This document shows, one piece after another, positions 1-14,515 of a DNA stretch of 63,845 nucleotides (the stretch's first letter is position 1; each line of letters begins with the position of its first letter). Location: the NCBI RefSeq assembly GCF_964213995.1, contig NC_135808.1, forward strand, positions 22,568,001 through 22,631,845. Direction: 5' to 3'. The notes under the pieces were generated by a model that saw only the letters and a list, made by a program, of their open reading frames with translations, had not been told where the DNA came from and searched no databases. A program made the translations under genes and the position numbers. Source of the stretch: Mustelus asterias (Eukaryota).

Positions 1-3000
1 ACATTACTGACCCTCACACAGTGCAACATTCCTACATTACTGACCCTCACACAGTGCAACATTCCTACATTACTGACCCTGGCACAGTGCAACATTCCTA
101 CATTACTGACCCTCACACAGTGCAACATTCCTACATTACTGACCCTGGCACAGTGCAACATTCCTACATTACTGACCCTCACACAGTGCAACATTCCTAC
201 ATTACTGACCCTCACACAGTGCAACATTCCTACATTACTGACCCTGGCACAGTGCAGCATTCCTACATTACTGACCCTCACACAGTGCAACATTCCTACA
301 TTACTGACCGTCACACAGTGCAACATTCCTACATTACTGACCCTCACACAGTGCAACATTCCTACATTACTGACCCTGGCACAGTGCAGCATTCCTACAT
401 TACTGACCCTCACACAGTGCAACATTCCTACATTACTGACCCTGGCACAGTGAAACATTCCTACATTACTGACCCTCACACAGTGCAACATTCCTACATT
501 ACTGACCCTCACACAGTGCAACATTCCTACATTACTGACCCTGGCACAGTGAAACATTCCTACATTACTGACCCTCACACAGTGCAACATTCCTACATTA
601 CTGACCCTCACACAGTGCAGCATTCCTACATTACTGACCCTCACACAGTGCAACATTCCTACATTACTGACGCTGGCACAGTGAAACATTCCTACATTAC
701 TGACCCTCACACAGTGCAACATTCCAACATTACTGACCCTCACACAGTGCAACATTCCTACATTACTGACCCTCACACAGTGCAACATTCCTACATTACT
801 GACCCTGGCACAGTGCAACATTCCTACATTACTGACCCTGGCACAGTGCAACATTCCTACATTACTGACCCTCACACAGTGCAACATTCCTACATTACTG
901 ACCCTCACACAGTGCAACATTCCTACATTACTGACCCTGGCACAGTGCAGCATTCCTACATTACTGACCCTCACACAGTGCAACATTCCTACATTACTGA
1001 CCCTGGCACAGTGCAGCATTCCTACATTACTGACCCCCACACAGTGCAACATTCCTACATTACTGACCCTGGCACAGTGCAACATTCCTACATTACTGAC
1101 CCTGGCACAGTGCAACATTCCTACATTACTGACCCTCACACAGTGCAACATTCCTACATTACTGACCCTGGCACAGTGCAACATTCCTACATTACTGACC
1201 CTCACACAGTGCAGCATTCCTACATTACTGACCCTGGCACAGTGCAACATTCCTACATTACTGACCCTGGCACAGTGCAACATTCCTACATTACTGACCC
1301 TCACACAGTGCAACATTCCTACATTACTGACCCTCACACAGTGCAACATTCCTACATTACTGACCCTCACACAGTGCAACATTCCTACATTACTGACCCT
1401 GCACAGTGCAACATTCCTACATTACTGACCCTCACACAGTGCAACATTCCTACATTACTGACCCTCACACAGTGCAACATTCCTACATTACTGACCCTCA
1501 CACAGTGCAACATTCCTACATTACTGACCCTGGCACAGTGCAACATTCCTACATTACTGACCCTCACACAGTGCAGCATTCCTACATTACTGACCCTGGC
1601 ACAGTGCAACATTCCTACATTACTGACCCTGGCACAGTGCAACATTCCTACATTACTGACCCTCACACAGTGCAACATTCCTACATTACTGACCCTGGCA
1701 CAGTGCAACATTCCTACATTACTGACCCTGGCACAGTGCAACATTCCTACATTACTGACCCTGGCACAGTGCAACATTCCTACATTACTGACCCTCACAC
1801 AGTGCAACATTCCTACATTACTGACCCTGGCACAGTGCAACATTCCTACATTACTGACCCTGGCACAGTGCAACATTCCTACATTACTGACCCTCACACA
1901 GTGCAACATTCCTACATTACTGACCCTCACACAGTGCAACATTCCTACATTACTGACCCTCACACAGTGCAACATTCCTACATTACTGACCCTGGCACAG
2001 TGCAACATTCCTACATTACTGACCCTCACACAGTGCAACATTCCTACATTACTGACCCTCACACAGTGCAACATTCCTACATTACTGACCCTCACACAGT
2101 GCAACATTCCTACATTACTGACCCTGGCACAGTGCAACATTCCTACATTACTGACCCTCACACAGTGCAACATTCCTACATTACTGACCCTCACACAGTG
2201 CAACATTCCTACATTACTGACCCTCACACAGTGCAACATTCCTACATTACTGACCCTCACACAGTGCAACATTCCTACATTACTGACCCTCACACAGTGC
2301 AACATTCCTACATTACTGACCCTGGCACAGTGCAACATTCCTACATTACTGACCCTGGCACAGTGCAACATTCCTACATACTGACCCTCACACAGTGCAA
2401 CATTCCTACATTACTGACCCTCACACAGTGCAACATTCCTACATTACTGACCCTCACACAGTGCAACATTCCTACATTACTGACCCCCACACAGTGCAAC
2501 ATTCCTACATTACTGACCCTGGCACAGTGCAACATTCCTACATTACTGACCCTCACACAGTGCAACATTCCTACATTACTGACCCTGGCACAGTGCAACA
2601 TTCCTACATTACTGACCCTCACACAGTGCAACATTCCTACATTACTGACCCTGGCACAGTGCAACATTCCTACATTACTGACCCTGGCACAGTGCAACAT
2701 TCCTACATTACTGACCCTCACACAGTGCAACATTCCTACATTACTGACCCTCACACAGTGCAACATTCCTTCATTACTGACCCTGGCACAGTGCAACATT
2801 CCTACATTACTGACCCTCACACAGTGCAACATTCCTACATTACTGACCCTGGCACAGTGCAACATTCCTACATTACTGACCCTCACACAGTGCAACATTC
2901 CTACATTACTGAACCTCACACAATGCAACATTCCTACATTACTGACCCTCACACAGTGCAACATTCCTACATTACTGACCCTGGCACAGTGCAACATTCC

Positions 3001-6000
3001 TACATTACTGACCCTGGCACAGTGCAACATTCCTACATTACTGACCCTCACACAGTGCAACATTCCCTACATTACTGACCCTGGCACAGTGCAACATTCC
3101 TACATTACTGACCCTCACACAGTGCAACATTCCTACATTACTGACCCTCACACAGTGCAACATTCCTACATTACTGACCCTGGCACAGTGCAACATTCCT
3201 ACATTACTGACCCTCACACAGTGCAACATTCCTACATTACTGACCCTGGCACAGTGCAACATTCCTACATTACTGACCCTGGCACAGTGCAACATTCCTA
3301 CATTACTGACCCTGGCACAGTGCAACATTCCTACATTACTGACCCTCACACAGTGCAACATTCCTACATTACTGACCCCCACACAGTGCAACATTCCTAC
3401 ATTACTGACCCTCACACAGTGCAACATTCCTACATTACTGACCCTCACACAGTGCAACATTCCTACATTACTGACCCTCACACAGTGCAACATTCCTACA
3501 TTACTGACCCTCACACAGTGCAACATTCCTACATTACTGACCCTCACACAGTGCAACATTCCTACATTACTGACCCTCACACAGTGCAACATTCCTACAT
3601 TACTGACCCTGCACAGTGCAACATTCCTACATTACTGACCCTCACACAGTGCAACATTCCTACATTACTGACCCTCACACAGTGCAACATTCCTACATTA
3701 CTGACCCTCACACAGTGCAACATTCCTACATTACTGACCCTCACACAGTGCAACATTCCTACATTACTGACCCTCGCACAGTGCAACATTCCTACATTAC
3801 TGACCCTCACACAGTGCAACATTCCTACATTACTGACCCTCACACAGTGCAACATTCCTACATTACTGACCCTCACACAGTGCAACATTCCTACATTACT
3901 GACCCTCACACAGTGCAACATTCCTACATTACTGACCCTGGCACAGTGCAACATTCCTACATTACTGACCCTCACACAGTGCAGCATTCCTACATTACTG
4001 ACCCTGGCACAGTGCAACATTCCTACATTACTGACCTTGGCACAGTGCAACATTCCTACATTACTGACCCTCACACAGTGCAACATTCCTACATTACTGA
4101 CCCTGGCACAGTGCAACATTCCTACATTACTGACCCTGGCACAGTGCAACATTCCTACATTACTGACCCTGGCACAGTGCAACATTCCTACATTACTGAC
4201 CCTCACACAGTGCAACATTCCTACATTACTGACCCTGGCACAGTGCAACATTCCTACATTACTGACCCTGGCACAGTGCAACATTCCTACATTACTGACC
4301 CTCACACAGTGCAACATTCCTACATTACTGACCCTCACACAGTGCAACATTCCTACATTACTGACCCTCACACAGTGCAACATTCCTACATTACTGACCC
4401 TGGCACAGTGCAACATTCCTACATTACTGACCCTCACACAGTGCAACATTCCTACATTACTGACCCTCACACAGTGCAACATTCCTACATTACTGACCCT
4501 CACACAGTGCAACATTCCTACATTACTGACCCTGGCACAGTGCAACATTCCTACATTACTGACCCTCACACAGTGCAACATTCCTACATTACTGACCCTC
4601 ACACAGTGCAACATTCCTACATTACTGACCCTCACACAGTGCAACATTCCTACATTACTGACCCTCACACAGTGCAACATTCCTACATTACTGACCCTCA
4701 CACAGTGCAACATTCCTACATTACTGACCCTGGCACAGTGCAACATTCCTACATTACTGACCCTGGCACAGTGCAACATTCCTACATTACTGACCCTCAC
4801 ACAGTGCAACATTCCTACATTACTGACCCTCACACAGTGCAACATTCCTACATTACTGACCCTCACACAGTGCAACATTCCTACATTACTGACCCCCACA
4901 CAGTGCAACATTCCTACATTACTGACCCTGGCACAGTGCAACATTCCTACATTACTGACCCTCACACAGTGCAACATTCCTACATTACTGACCCTGGCAC
5001 AGTGCAACATTCCTACATTACTGACCCTCACACAGTGCAACATTCCTACATTACTGACCCTGGCACAGTGCAACATTCCTACATTACTGACCCTGGCACA
5101 GTGCAACATTCCTACATTACTGACCCTCACACAGTGCAACATTCCTACATTACTGACCCTCACACAGTGCAACATTCCTTCATTACTGACCCTGGCACAG
5201 TGCAACATTCCTACATTACTGACCCTCACACAGTGCAACATTCCTACATTACTGACCCTGGCACAGTGCAACATTCCTACATTACTGACCCTCACACAGT
5301 GCAACATTCCTACATTACTGAACCTCACACAATGCAACATTCCTACATTACTGACCCTCACACAGTGCAACATTCCTACATTACTGACCCTGGCACAGTG
5401 CAACATTCCTACATTACTGACCCTGGCACAGTGCAGCATTCCTACATTACTGACCCTCACACAGTGCAACATTCCTACATTACTGACCCTGGCACAGTGC
5501 AACATTCCTACATTACTGACCCTCACACAGTGCAACATTCCTACATTACTGACCCTCACACAGTGCAACATTCCTACATTACTGACCCTGGCACAGTGCA
5601 ACATTCCTACATTACTGACCCTGCACACAGTGCAACATTCCTACATTACTGACCCTGGCACAGTGCAACATTCCTACATTACTGACCCCTGGCACAGTGC
5701 AACATTCCTACATTACTGACCCTGGCACAGTGCAACATTCCTACATTACTGACCCTCACACAGTGCAACATTCCTACATTACTGACCCCCACACAGTGCA
5801 ACATTCCTACATTACTGACCCTCACACAGTGCAACATTCCTACATTACTGACCCTCACACAGTGCAACATTCCTACATTACTGACCCTCACACAGTGCAA
5901 CATTCCTACATTACTGACCCTCACACAGTGCAACATTCCTACATTACTGACCCTCACACAGTGCAACATTCCTACATTACTGACCCTCACACAGTGCAAC

Positions 6001-9000
6001 ATTCCTACATTACTGACCCTGGCACAGTGCAACATTCCTACATTACTGACCCTCACACAGTGCAACATTCCTACATTACTGACCCTCACACAGTGCAACA
6101 TTCCTACATTACTGACCCTCACACAGTGCAACATTCCTACATTACTGACCCTCACACAGTGCAACATTCCTACATTACTGACCCTCACACAGTGCAACAT
6201 TCCTACATTACTGACCCTCACACAGTGCAACATTCCTACATTACTGACCCTGGCACAGTGCAACATTCCTACATTACTGACCCTCACACAGTGCAACATT
6301 CCTACATTACTGACCCTCACACAGTGCAACATTCCTACATTACTGACCCTCACACAGTGCAACATTCCTACATTACTGACCCTCACACAGTGCAACATTC
6401 CTACATTACTGACCCTGGCACAGTGCAACATTCCTACATTACTGACCCTCACACAGTGCAACATTCCTACATTACTGACCCTCACACAGTGCAACATTCC
6501 TACATTACTGACCCTCACACAGTGCAACATTCCTACATTACTGACCCTGGCACAGTGCAACATTCCTACATTACTGACCCTCACACAGTGCAACATTCCT
6601 ACATTACTGACCCTCACACAGTGCAACATTCCTACATTACTGACCCTCACACAGTGCAGCATTCCTACATTACTGAACCTGGCACAGTGCAACATTCCTA
6701 CATTACTGACCCTGGCACAGTGCAACATTCCTACATTACTGACCCTCACACAGTGCAACATTCCTACATTACTGACCCTCACACAGTGCAACATTCCTAC
6801 ATTACTGACCCTCACACAGTGCAACATTCCTACATTACTGACCCTGCACAGTGCAACATTCCTACATTACTGACCCTGGCACAGTGCAACATTTCCTACA
6901 TTACTGACCCTCACACAGTGCAACATTCCTACATTACTGACCCTGGCACAGTGCAACATTCCTACATTACTGACCCTGGCACAGTGCAACATTCCTACAT
7001 TACTGACCCTGGCACAGTGCAACATTCCTACATTACTGACCCTCACACAGTGCAACATTCCTACATTACTGACCCTCACACAGTGCAACATTCCTACATT
7101 ACTGACCCTGGCACAGTGCAACATTCCTACATTACTGACCCTGGCACAGTGCAACATTCCTACATTACTGACCCTCACACAGTGCAACATTCCTACATTA
7201 CTGACCCTGGCACAGTGCAACATTCCTACATTACTGACCCTCACACAGTGCAACATTCCTACATTACTGACCCTCACACAGTGCAACATTCCTACATTAC
7301 TGACCCTGGCACAGTGCAACATTCCTACATTACTGACCCTTACACAGTGCAACATTCCTACATTACTGACCCTGGCACAGTGCAACATTCCTACATTACT
7401 GACCCTCACACAGTGCAGCATTCCTACATTACTGACCCTCACACAGTGCAACATTCCTACATTACTGACCCTGGCACAGTGCAACATTCCTACATTACTG
7501 ACCCTCACACAGTGCAACATTCCTACATTACTGACCCTGGCACAGTGCAACATTCCTACATTACTGACCCTCACACAGTGCAACATTCCTACATTACTGA
7601 CCCTCACACAGTGCAACATTCCTACATTACTGACCCTCACACAGTGCAACATTCCTACATTACTGACCCTGGCACAGTGCAACATTCCTACATTACTGAC
7701 CCTCACACAGTGCAACATTCCTACATTACTGACCCTCACACAGTGCAACATTCCTACATTACTGACCCTGGCACAGTGCAACATTCCTACATTACTGACC
7801 CTCACACAGTGCAACATTCCTACATTACTGACCCTCACACAGTGCAACATTCCTACATTACTGACCCTCACACAGTGCAACATTCCTACATTACTGACCC
7901 TGGCACAGTGCAACATTCCTACATTACTGACCCTCACACAGTGCAACATTCCTACATTACTGACCCTGGCACAGTGCAACATTCCTACATTACTGACCCT
8001 CACACAGTGCAACATTCCTACATTACTGACCCTGGCACAGTGCAACATTCCTACATTACTGACCCTCACACAGTGCAACATTCCTACATTACTGACCCTC
8101 ACACAGTGCAACATTCCTACATTACTGACCCTGGCACAGTGCAACATTCCTACATTACTGACCCTCACACAGTGCAACATTCCTACATTACTGACCCTGC
8201 ACACAGTGCAACATTCCTACATTACTGACCCTCACACAGTGCAACATTCCTACATTACTGACCCTGGCACAGTGCAACATTCCTACATTACTGACCCTCA
8301 CACAGTGCAACATTCCTACATTACTGACCCTCACACAGTGCAACATTCCTACATTACTGACCCTCACACAGTGCAACATTCCTACATTACTGACCCTGGC
8401 ACAGTGCAACATTCCTACATTACTGACCCTCACACTGTGCAACATTCCTACATTACTGACCCTCACACAGTGCAACATTCCTACATTACTGACCCTGGCA
8501 CAGTGCAACATTCCTACATTACTGACCCTCACACAGTGCAACATTCCTACATTACTGACCCTGGCACAGTGCAACATTCCTACATTACTGACCCTCACAC
8601 AGTGCAACATTCCTACATTACTGACCCTCACACAGTGCAACATTCCTACATTACTGACCCTGGCACAGTGCAACATTCCTACATTACTGACCCTCACACA
8701 GTGCAACATTCCTACATTACTGACCCTCACACAGTGCAACATTCCTACATTACTGACCCTCACACAGTGCAACATTCCTACATTACTGACCCTGGCACAG
8801 TGCAACATTCCTACATTACTGACCCTCACACAGTGCAACATTCCTACATTACTGACCCTGGCACAGTGCAACATTCCTACATTACTGACCCTCACACAGT
8901 GCAACATTCCTACATTACTGACCCTGGCACAGTGCAACATTCCTACATTACTGACCCTCACACAGTGCAACATTCCTACATTACTGACCCTCACACAGTG

Positions 9001-11567
9001 CAACATTCCTACATTACTGACCCTCACACAGTGCAACATTCCTACATTACTGACCCTGGCACAGTGCAACATTCCTACATTACTGACCCTCACACAGTGC
9101 AACATTCCTACATTACTGACCCTCACACAGTGCAACATTCCTACATTACTGACCCTCACACAGTGCAACATTCCTACATTACTGACCCTGGCACAGTGCA
9201 ACATTCCTACATTACTGACCCTCACACTGTGCAACATTCCTACATTACTGACCCTCACACAGTGCAACATTCCTACATTACTGACCCTGGCACAGTGAAA
9301 CATTCCTACATTACTGACCCTGGCACAGTGCAACATTCCTACATTACTGACCCTCACACAGTGCAACATTCCTACATTACTGACCCTCACACAGTGCAAC
9401 ATTCCTACATTACTGACCCTGGCACAGTGCAACATTCCTACATTACTGACCCTCACACAGTGCAACATTCCTACATTACTGACCCTCACACAGTGCAACA
9501 TTCCTACATTACTGACCCTGGCACAGTGCAGCATTCCTACATTACTGACCCTCACACAGTGCAACATTCCTACATTACTGACCCTCACACAGTGCAACAT
9601 TCCTACATTACTGACCCTCACACAGTGCAGCATTCCTACATTACTGACCCTCACACAGTGCAACATTCCTACATTACTGACCCTCACACAGTGCAACATT
9701 CCTACATTACTGACCCTCACACAGTGCAACATTCCTACATTACTGACCCTGGCACAGTGCAGCATTCCTACATTACTGACCCTCACACAGTGCAACATTC
9801 CTACATTACTGACCCTGGCACAGTGAAACATTCCTACATTACTGACCCTCACACAGTGCAACATTCCTACATTACTGACCCTCACACAGTGCAACATTCC
9901 TACATTACTGACCCTGGCACAGTGAAACATTCCTACATTACTGACCCTCACACAGTGCAACATTCCTACATTACTAACCCTCACACAGTGCAGCATTCCT
10001 ACATTACTGACCCTCACACAGTGCAACATTCCTACATTACTGACCCTGGCACAGTGAAACATTGCTACATTACTGACCCTCACACAGTGCAACATTCCAA
10101 CATTACTGACCCTCACACAGTGCAACATTCCTACATTACTGACCCTCACACAGTGCAGCATTCCTACATTACTGACCCTGGCACAGTGCAACATTCCTAC
10201 ATTACTGACCCTCACACAGTGCAACATTCCAACATTACTGACCCTCACACAGTGCAACATTCCTACATTACTGACCCTCACACAGTGCAGCATTCCTACA
10301 TTACTGACCCTCACACAGTGCAACATTCCTACATTACTGACCCTGGCACAGTGAAACATTCCTACATTACTGACCCTCACACAGTGCAACATTCCAACAT
10401 TACTGACCCTCACACAGTGCAACATTCCTACATTACTGACCCTCACACAGTGCAACATTCCTACATTACTGACCCTCACACAGTGCAACATTCCTACATT
10501 ACTGACCCTCACACAGTGCAACATTCCTACATTACTGACCCTCACACAGTGCAACATTCCTACATTACTGACCCTCACACAGTGCAACATTCCTACATTA
10601 CTGACCCTCACACAGTGCAACATTCCTACATTACTGACCCTGGCACAGTGCAACATTCCTACATTACTGACCCTGGCACAGTGAAACATTCCTACATTAC
10701 TGACCCTCACACAGTGCAACATTCCTACATTACTGACCCTCACACAGTGCAACATTCCTACATTACTGACCCTCACACAGTGCAACATTCCTACATTACT
10801 GACCCTGGCACAGTGCAACATTCCTACATTACTGACCCTGGCACAGTGAAACATTCCTACATTACTGACCCTCACACAGTGCAACATTCCTACATTACTG
10901 ACCCTCACACAGTGCAACATTCCTACATTACTGACCCTCACACAGTGCAACATTCCTACATTACTGACCCTCACAGTGCAGCATTCCTACATTACTGACC
11001 CTCACACAGTGCAGCATTCCTACATTACTGACCCTCACACAGTGCAACATTCCTACATTACTGACCCTCACACAGTGCAACATTCCTACATTACTGACCC
11101 TCACACAGTGCAGCATTCCTACATTACTGACCCTCACACAGTGCAACATTCCTACATTACTGACCCTCACACAGTGCAACATTCCTACATTACTGACCCT
11201 CACACAGTGCAACATTCCTACATTACTGACCCTCACACAGTGCAAATTCCTACATTACTGACCCTCACACAGTGCAACATTCCTACATTACTGACCCTCA
11301 CACAGTGCAACATTCCTACATTACTGACCCTCACACAGTGCAACATTCCTACATTACTGACCCTCACACAGTGCAACATTCCTACATTACTGACCCTCAC
11401 ACAGTGCAACATTCCTACATTACTGACCCTCACACAGTGCAGCATTCCTACATTACTGACCCTCACACAGTGCAACATTCCTACATTACTTGACCTTCAC
11501 ACAGTGCAACATTCCTACATTACTGACCCTCACACAGTGCAGCATTCCTACATTATGACCCTCACAC
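1..11567. repeat. 33-bp tandem satellite, about 350 units (ACATTACTGACCCT[CA/GG]CACAGTGCAACATTCCT), open at the window start and at the gap
   Basis: Directly visible 33-bp period (11-aa periodic pseudo-ORFs). Two major variants, CCTCACACAG and CCTGGCACAG. Confidence 0.99.
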
Positions 11568-11767
11568 NNNNNNNNNNNNNNNNNNNNNNNNNNNNNNNNN
11601 NNNNNNNNNNNNNNNNNNNNNNNNNNNNNNNNNNNNNNNNNNNNNNNNNNNNNNNNNNNNNNNNNNNNNNNNNNNNNNNNNNNNNNNNNNNNNNNNNNNN
11701 NNNNNNNNNNNNNNNNNNNNNNNNNNNNNNNNNNNNNNNNNNNNNNNNNNNNNNNNNNNNNNNNNNN
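11568..11767. other. Assembly gap (200 N)
   Basis: Run of N. The true length and the adjacency across it are unknown. Confidence 0.99.
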
Positions 11768-12285
11768 CCTGTGGGGGAGCACTTGAGCGGTCACGGGCAT
11801 TCAGCCTCTGATGTTCGGGTAAGCATTCTCCAAGGCGGCCTTCACGACACACGACAGCGCAGAGTCGCTGAGCAGAAACTGAGAGCCAAGTTCTGCACAC
11901 ATGAGGGCGGCCTAAACCGGGATGTTGGGTTTATGTCACACTATCAGTAACCCCCACAGCTTGCCTCCTGGACTTGCAGAATCTCACTGGTTGTCCTGTC
12001 TGGAGACAATACACATGTCTTTAACCTGTGCTTAATGCTCCCTCCACTCACATTGTCTGTATCTTTAAGACCTGGTTGGCTGTAGAGATTCGCATTCTAA
12101 TCAGTATTCTGTAACTTGATTTTGTGTCTCTGTATGCCCTGTTTGAGAGCAGATTTCCACTCTGACGAAGGAGCAGCGCTCCGAAAGCTAATGGCATTTG
12201 CTACCAAATAAACCTGTTGGACTTTAACCTGGTGTCGTTAAAACTCTTATTGTGTTTACCCCAGTCCAACGCTGGCATCTCCACA
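11768..12285 (+). mobile_element. Penelope-like element 3' end (GIY-YIG C-terminus plus terminal repeat), cut by the gap
   Basis: Near-identical to 29531-30053. Encodes PVGEHLSGHGH...GLNRDVGFMSHYQ*. Confidence 0.85.
12162..12186 (+). ncRNA. Minimal hammerhead ribozyme catalytic core in the Penelope terminal repeat
   Basis: CTGACGA-A-GGAGC-agc-GCTCC-GAAA gives the CUGANGA box, a stem II hairpin and the GAAA box. Confidence 0.6.
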
Positions 12286-12287
12286 TT

Positions 12288-12890
12288 ATTGTTGCAAGTA
12301 AACAGGGCCTTGGTGAGGCCACACCTCGAATATTGTGTGCAGTTTTGGTCTCCTTTTCTGAGGAAGGATGTTCTTGCTCTCGAGGGAGTGCAGCAAAAGT
12401 TTACCAGGCTGATTCCGGGGATGGCGGGACTGATGTATGAGAAGAGATTGACTAGGTTAGGATTGTTTTCGCTGGAGTTCAGACGAATGAGGGGGGATCT
12501 CATAGAGACTTATAAAATTCTAACAGGACTAGAAAGGGTAAATGCAGGGAGGATATTCCCAATGGTGGGGGAGTCCCAAACCAGGGATCACAGCCTGAGG
12601 ATTCAGGGTGGACCATTTAGGATTGAGGTGAGGAGACATTTCTTCACCCAAAGTGTGGTGAGCCTGTGGAATTCATTACCACAGGAAGTAGCTGATGCTA
12701 AAACATTGAATGTATTCAAGACGCAACTGGATAAAGCACTTGGCGAATGGGATCAAAGGTTATGGAGAAAAAGCAGGATTAGGCTATTGGATTGGATGAT
12801 CAGCATGATTGTAATGAATGGCGGAGCAGACTCGAAAGGTCAAATGGCCTCCTCCTGCTCCTATCTTCTATGTTTCTGTGTTTCTATGGA
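12288..12890 (+). mobile_element. CR1 LINE 3' fragment
   Basis: LVRPHLEYCVQFWSP...LFSLEFRRMRGDLIETYKIL, then a TTCTATGT-like tail. Confidence 0.9.
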
Positions 12891-13054
12891 CCAATTCTTC
12901 CTGTTTCAGCTTTGCAGGTCCAAAATGCAGACAGGTTACACTCAGATGAGGATTCTCTGGCAGCAGGTTGTGAACCAGACACAACTTGAGGCAAGGCAGA
13001 GAGAGAATCAGGTTGCGTTGCCTTCATTTTCCAACTTTTTGCCCAAAGAGACTC

Positions 13055-13350
13055 ATGGAATGCCTACAGAGCAGAAGAGGCCATTCAGCCCATTGAACCT
13101 GCACCAACAACAATCCCATCCAGGCCCTATTCCTGTAACCTCACATATATACCCTGTTAAACCCCCTGACATTAAGGGGCAATTTAGCATCACTAATCCA
13201 CCTAACCAGCACATCTTTGGACTGTGGGAGGAAACCAGAGAACCCAGAGGAAACCCATGCAGACACAATCAGTCACCCAAAGGTGGAATTGAATCTGGGT
13301 CCCTGGCACGGTGAGGGAGCAGTGCTGACCACTGTGCCATCATGGCACCC
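13055..13350 (-). mobile_element. tRNA-derived shark-type SINE (degenerate)
   Basis: The minus strand starts with the tRNA-like head TGGCACAGTGGTCAGCACTGCT. Homologous to 49940-50260 and 55727-56050. Confidence 0.7.
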
Positions 13351-14314
13351 CAATTCAATTCAAACCAGCAGTTTCAAAACTTAAAGTTTCTCCCTGCCGT
13401 GTGATTTCCAGAACACCACGAGACTTTGCTTTTCAGTTTTATTACCCAGCAATTAAAGTGAATCCAGTTCAAAACTAGCAAACAACTCTTCCTCAAGTAC
13501 CATACAGGTCAGGTGAAGGCAGGCTGGCTCCCTGTCCAAGGGGTATTTATGGCCCTCTTTTGAGAAAAAAACTCCAAGTCAGTATCAACTATCCGGACAA
13601 TGCAATATGTTTCCATGTTTTATGAAAGATATGCGTTTCCCAACACATTGAATTGTCCCAGTGTCATTCAGAAGTCCCTTATCTCCAATAATATTCCAGC
13701 AAATCTCCTCTGCACCCTCTCTAATACGTTGATATTCCTCCTAAAACACTATGACCAGAAGTGGGGTCAATTCTCCAGCTGGGATCTAATCAATATTTTA
13801 TCAATGTTCAGCGTGATCTCCTTGCTTTTGTACTCTGTGCCTCTATTTATAAAGCAATGGGGTCCAGATGCTTCTTTCACAGTCTCATCACACCTTCCTG
13901 CCAGCCTCATACTCACTCAGGTCTCTCTGTTCCTGCAATCCCTTTATAACTGTACCAATCAGTTTACATTACCTCTGTACATTCTTCTGCTCAAACTGCA
14001 TCACTTCAAATACTTCACTGGATTGTATATCAGCTGCCCTGTGTCTGCCCATTTCACCAACCTGTCTAATGGAACATTGATTGTGTCTGGATGGGAGACA
14101 AAGTGATGGAAGTGAAGCTTCAGTTTCACAGAGTCTTTGTTCAGAGCCTGTCTGGAGTAACTGTGTTCAGTTCTGGACACCGCACCTCAGGAAGGGGAGA
14201 TTGGTGTTGGAGAGGGTTCCGATCACCAGAATAATAAAAGGAGGTTAAATGAAAGAGGTTTTTATCCCCCAGAGTTTATCTGATTGGACAGTTCTCAATA
14301 TTGAGGCAGTTTCT

Positions 14315-14377
14315 CAACCTGTTTGTGTCTATTCTGCCGGAGACTGATGACTCACTGAATCTCTTTATTCTGATTGG
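14315..14377 (+). promoter_or_regulatory. MHC S-X-Y module of gene 1
   Basis: CAACCT (14315), 16 nt, CCGGAGACTGA-TGACTCA (X1/X2, 14337-14354), 15 nt, CTGATTGG (Y, 14370). About 140 bp upstream of the ATG. Confidence 0.75.
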
Positions 14378-14515
14378 TTTAAATCCTATTTTGTGTCCAA
14401 TCAGATTGAGGCTCAGTGTAAACAGGGAAAGACAGAAGGAGTGAGTTGAGAAAATGGCCTTTTGTTTGAAAAAGAGTTTCCTCCAAATGTTTCTCCCAAC
14501 ATGAGGGAAGCAGCA

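Noticed and set aside
21-11493. Long ORFs (QHSYITDPHTV / QCNIPTLLTLT / MLHCVRVSNVG repeats) as repetitive proteins
   Set aside because: A 33-bp unit is open in several frames on both strands, and frames switch at single-base indels. There is no unique domain or gene structure.
1-11567. CRISPR array
   Set aside because: There are no unique spacers (units are contiguous), no cas genes, and the context is vertebrate.
12217-13314. 365-aa ORF as a gene
   Set aside because: It is a chance read-through of the Penelope end, a CR1 fragment and an antisense SINE, and it is broken in the paralog.
13600-14106. 168-aa ORF conserved in both units (also 31469-31975)
   Set aside because: The conservation is explained by the recent duplication. 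It overlaps an antisense decayed LINE and has no recognisable domain.
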